From: Fibrobacterota bacterium
Lineage (GTDB): Bacteria > Fibrobacterota > Fibrobacteria > UBA11236
Length of the DNA stretch: 46,406 nucleotides
Assembly (NCBI GenBank): GCA_043753995.1
Contig: JAYUVP010000141.1
Coordinates: forward strand, 1 to 46,406
Direction: 5' to 3'
Part shown: in pieces, positions 46,382-46,406 of the stretch
Position numbering within the stretch: position 1 is the first letter of the stretch
Layout: each line of letters begins with the position of its first letter
Translations under genes and position numbers: made by a program
Notes under the pieces: model-generated
What the model saw: only the letters and a program-made list of their open reading frames with translations
Databases searched by the model: none
What the model was told of the DNA's origin: nothing

Positions 46382-46406
46382 CCCCGGAGGCGGAAGGATT
46401 TGAACC
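46382..46406. repeat. attR core
   Basis: Identical 25-mer to 1219-1243, about 250 bp downstream of the integrase. The shared core could extend past the window edge. Confidence 0.92.
46385..46406 (-). tRNA. 3' end of a host tRNA, probably tRNA-Ser (partial; the rest is outside the window; CCA not encoded)
   Basis: GG-TTCAAAT-CCTTC T-arm, CGCCTCC acceptor strand and G discriminator. The anticodon is not visible, so the identity is inferred. Confidence 0.65.

Larger units (their letters stand above)
1219..46406 (+). mobile_element. Integrated temperate prophage, siphovirus-like, about 45.2 kb
   Basis: Terminal 25-bp direct repeats; tyrosine integrase and xis next to the right repeat; terminase, portal, capsid, tail tube, tape measure and fibre genes; no tail sheath seen. 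Confidence 0.95.

Overview
The window holds an apparently complete temperate prophage of about 45.2 kb (1219-46406), bounded by a 25-bp direct repeat that matches a tRNA 3' end, probably tRNA-Ser. The tRNA is on the minus strand and its body lies beyond the right edge. The host flank at the left is the 5' part of a minus-strand glgX-like glycogen debranching gene. From attL, the gene order is: DNA modification and replication; a LexA-like HTH and terminase; portal, MuF, scaffold and P22-like capsid; connectors with an inserted fibre-like block that includes a sulfotransferase-like gene; a long non-contractile tail; two divergent repressor switches; recombination genes; xis, int, an RHH gene and attR. 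The most notable points are: (1) an att site that splits one co-directional transcription path, so excision may switch on replication; (2) a MuF protein with a JAB/JAMM-like extension and a small Cys-rich partner; (3) a sulfotransferase-like enzyme inside the virion module; (4) a candidate structured RNA upstream of the replication initiator; (5) SOS-box-like operators at the packaging promoter; (6) no recognisable endolysin. All functional calls come from reading motifs by eye and from gene order; no database searches were run.
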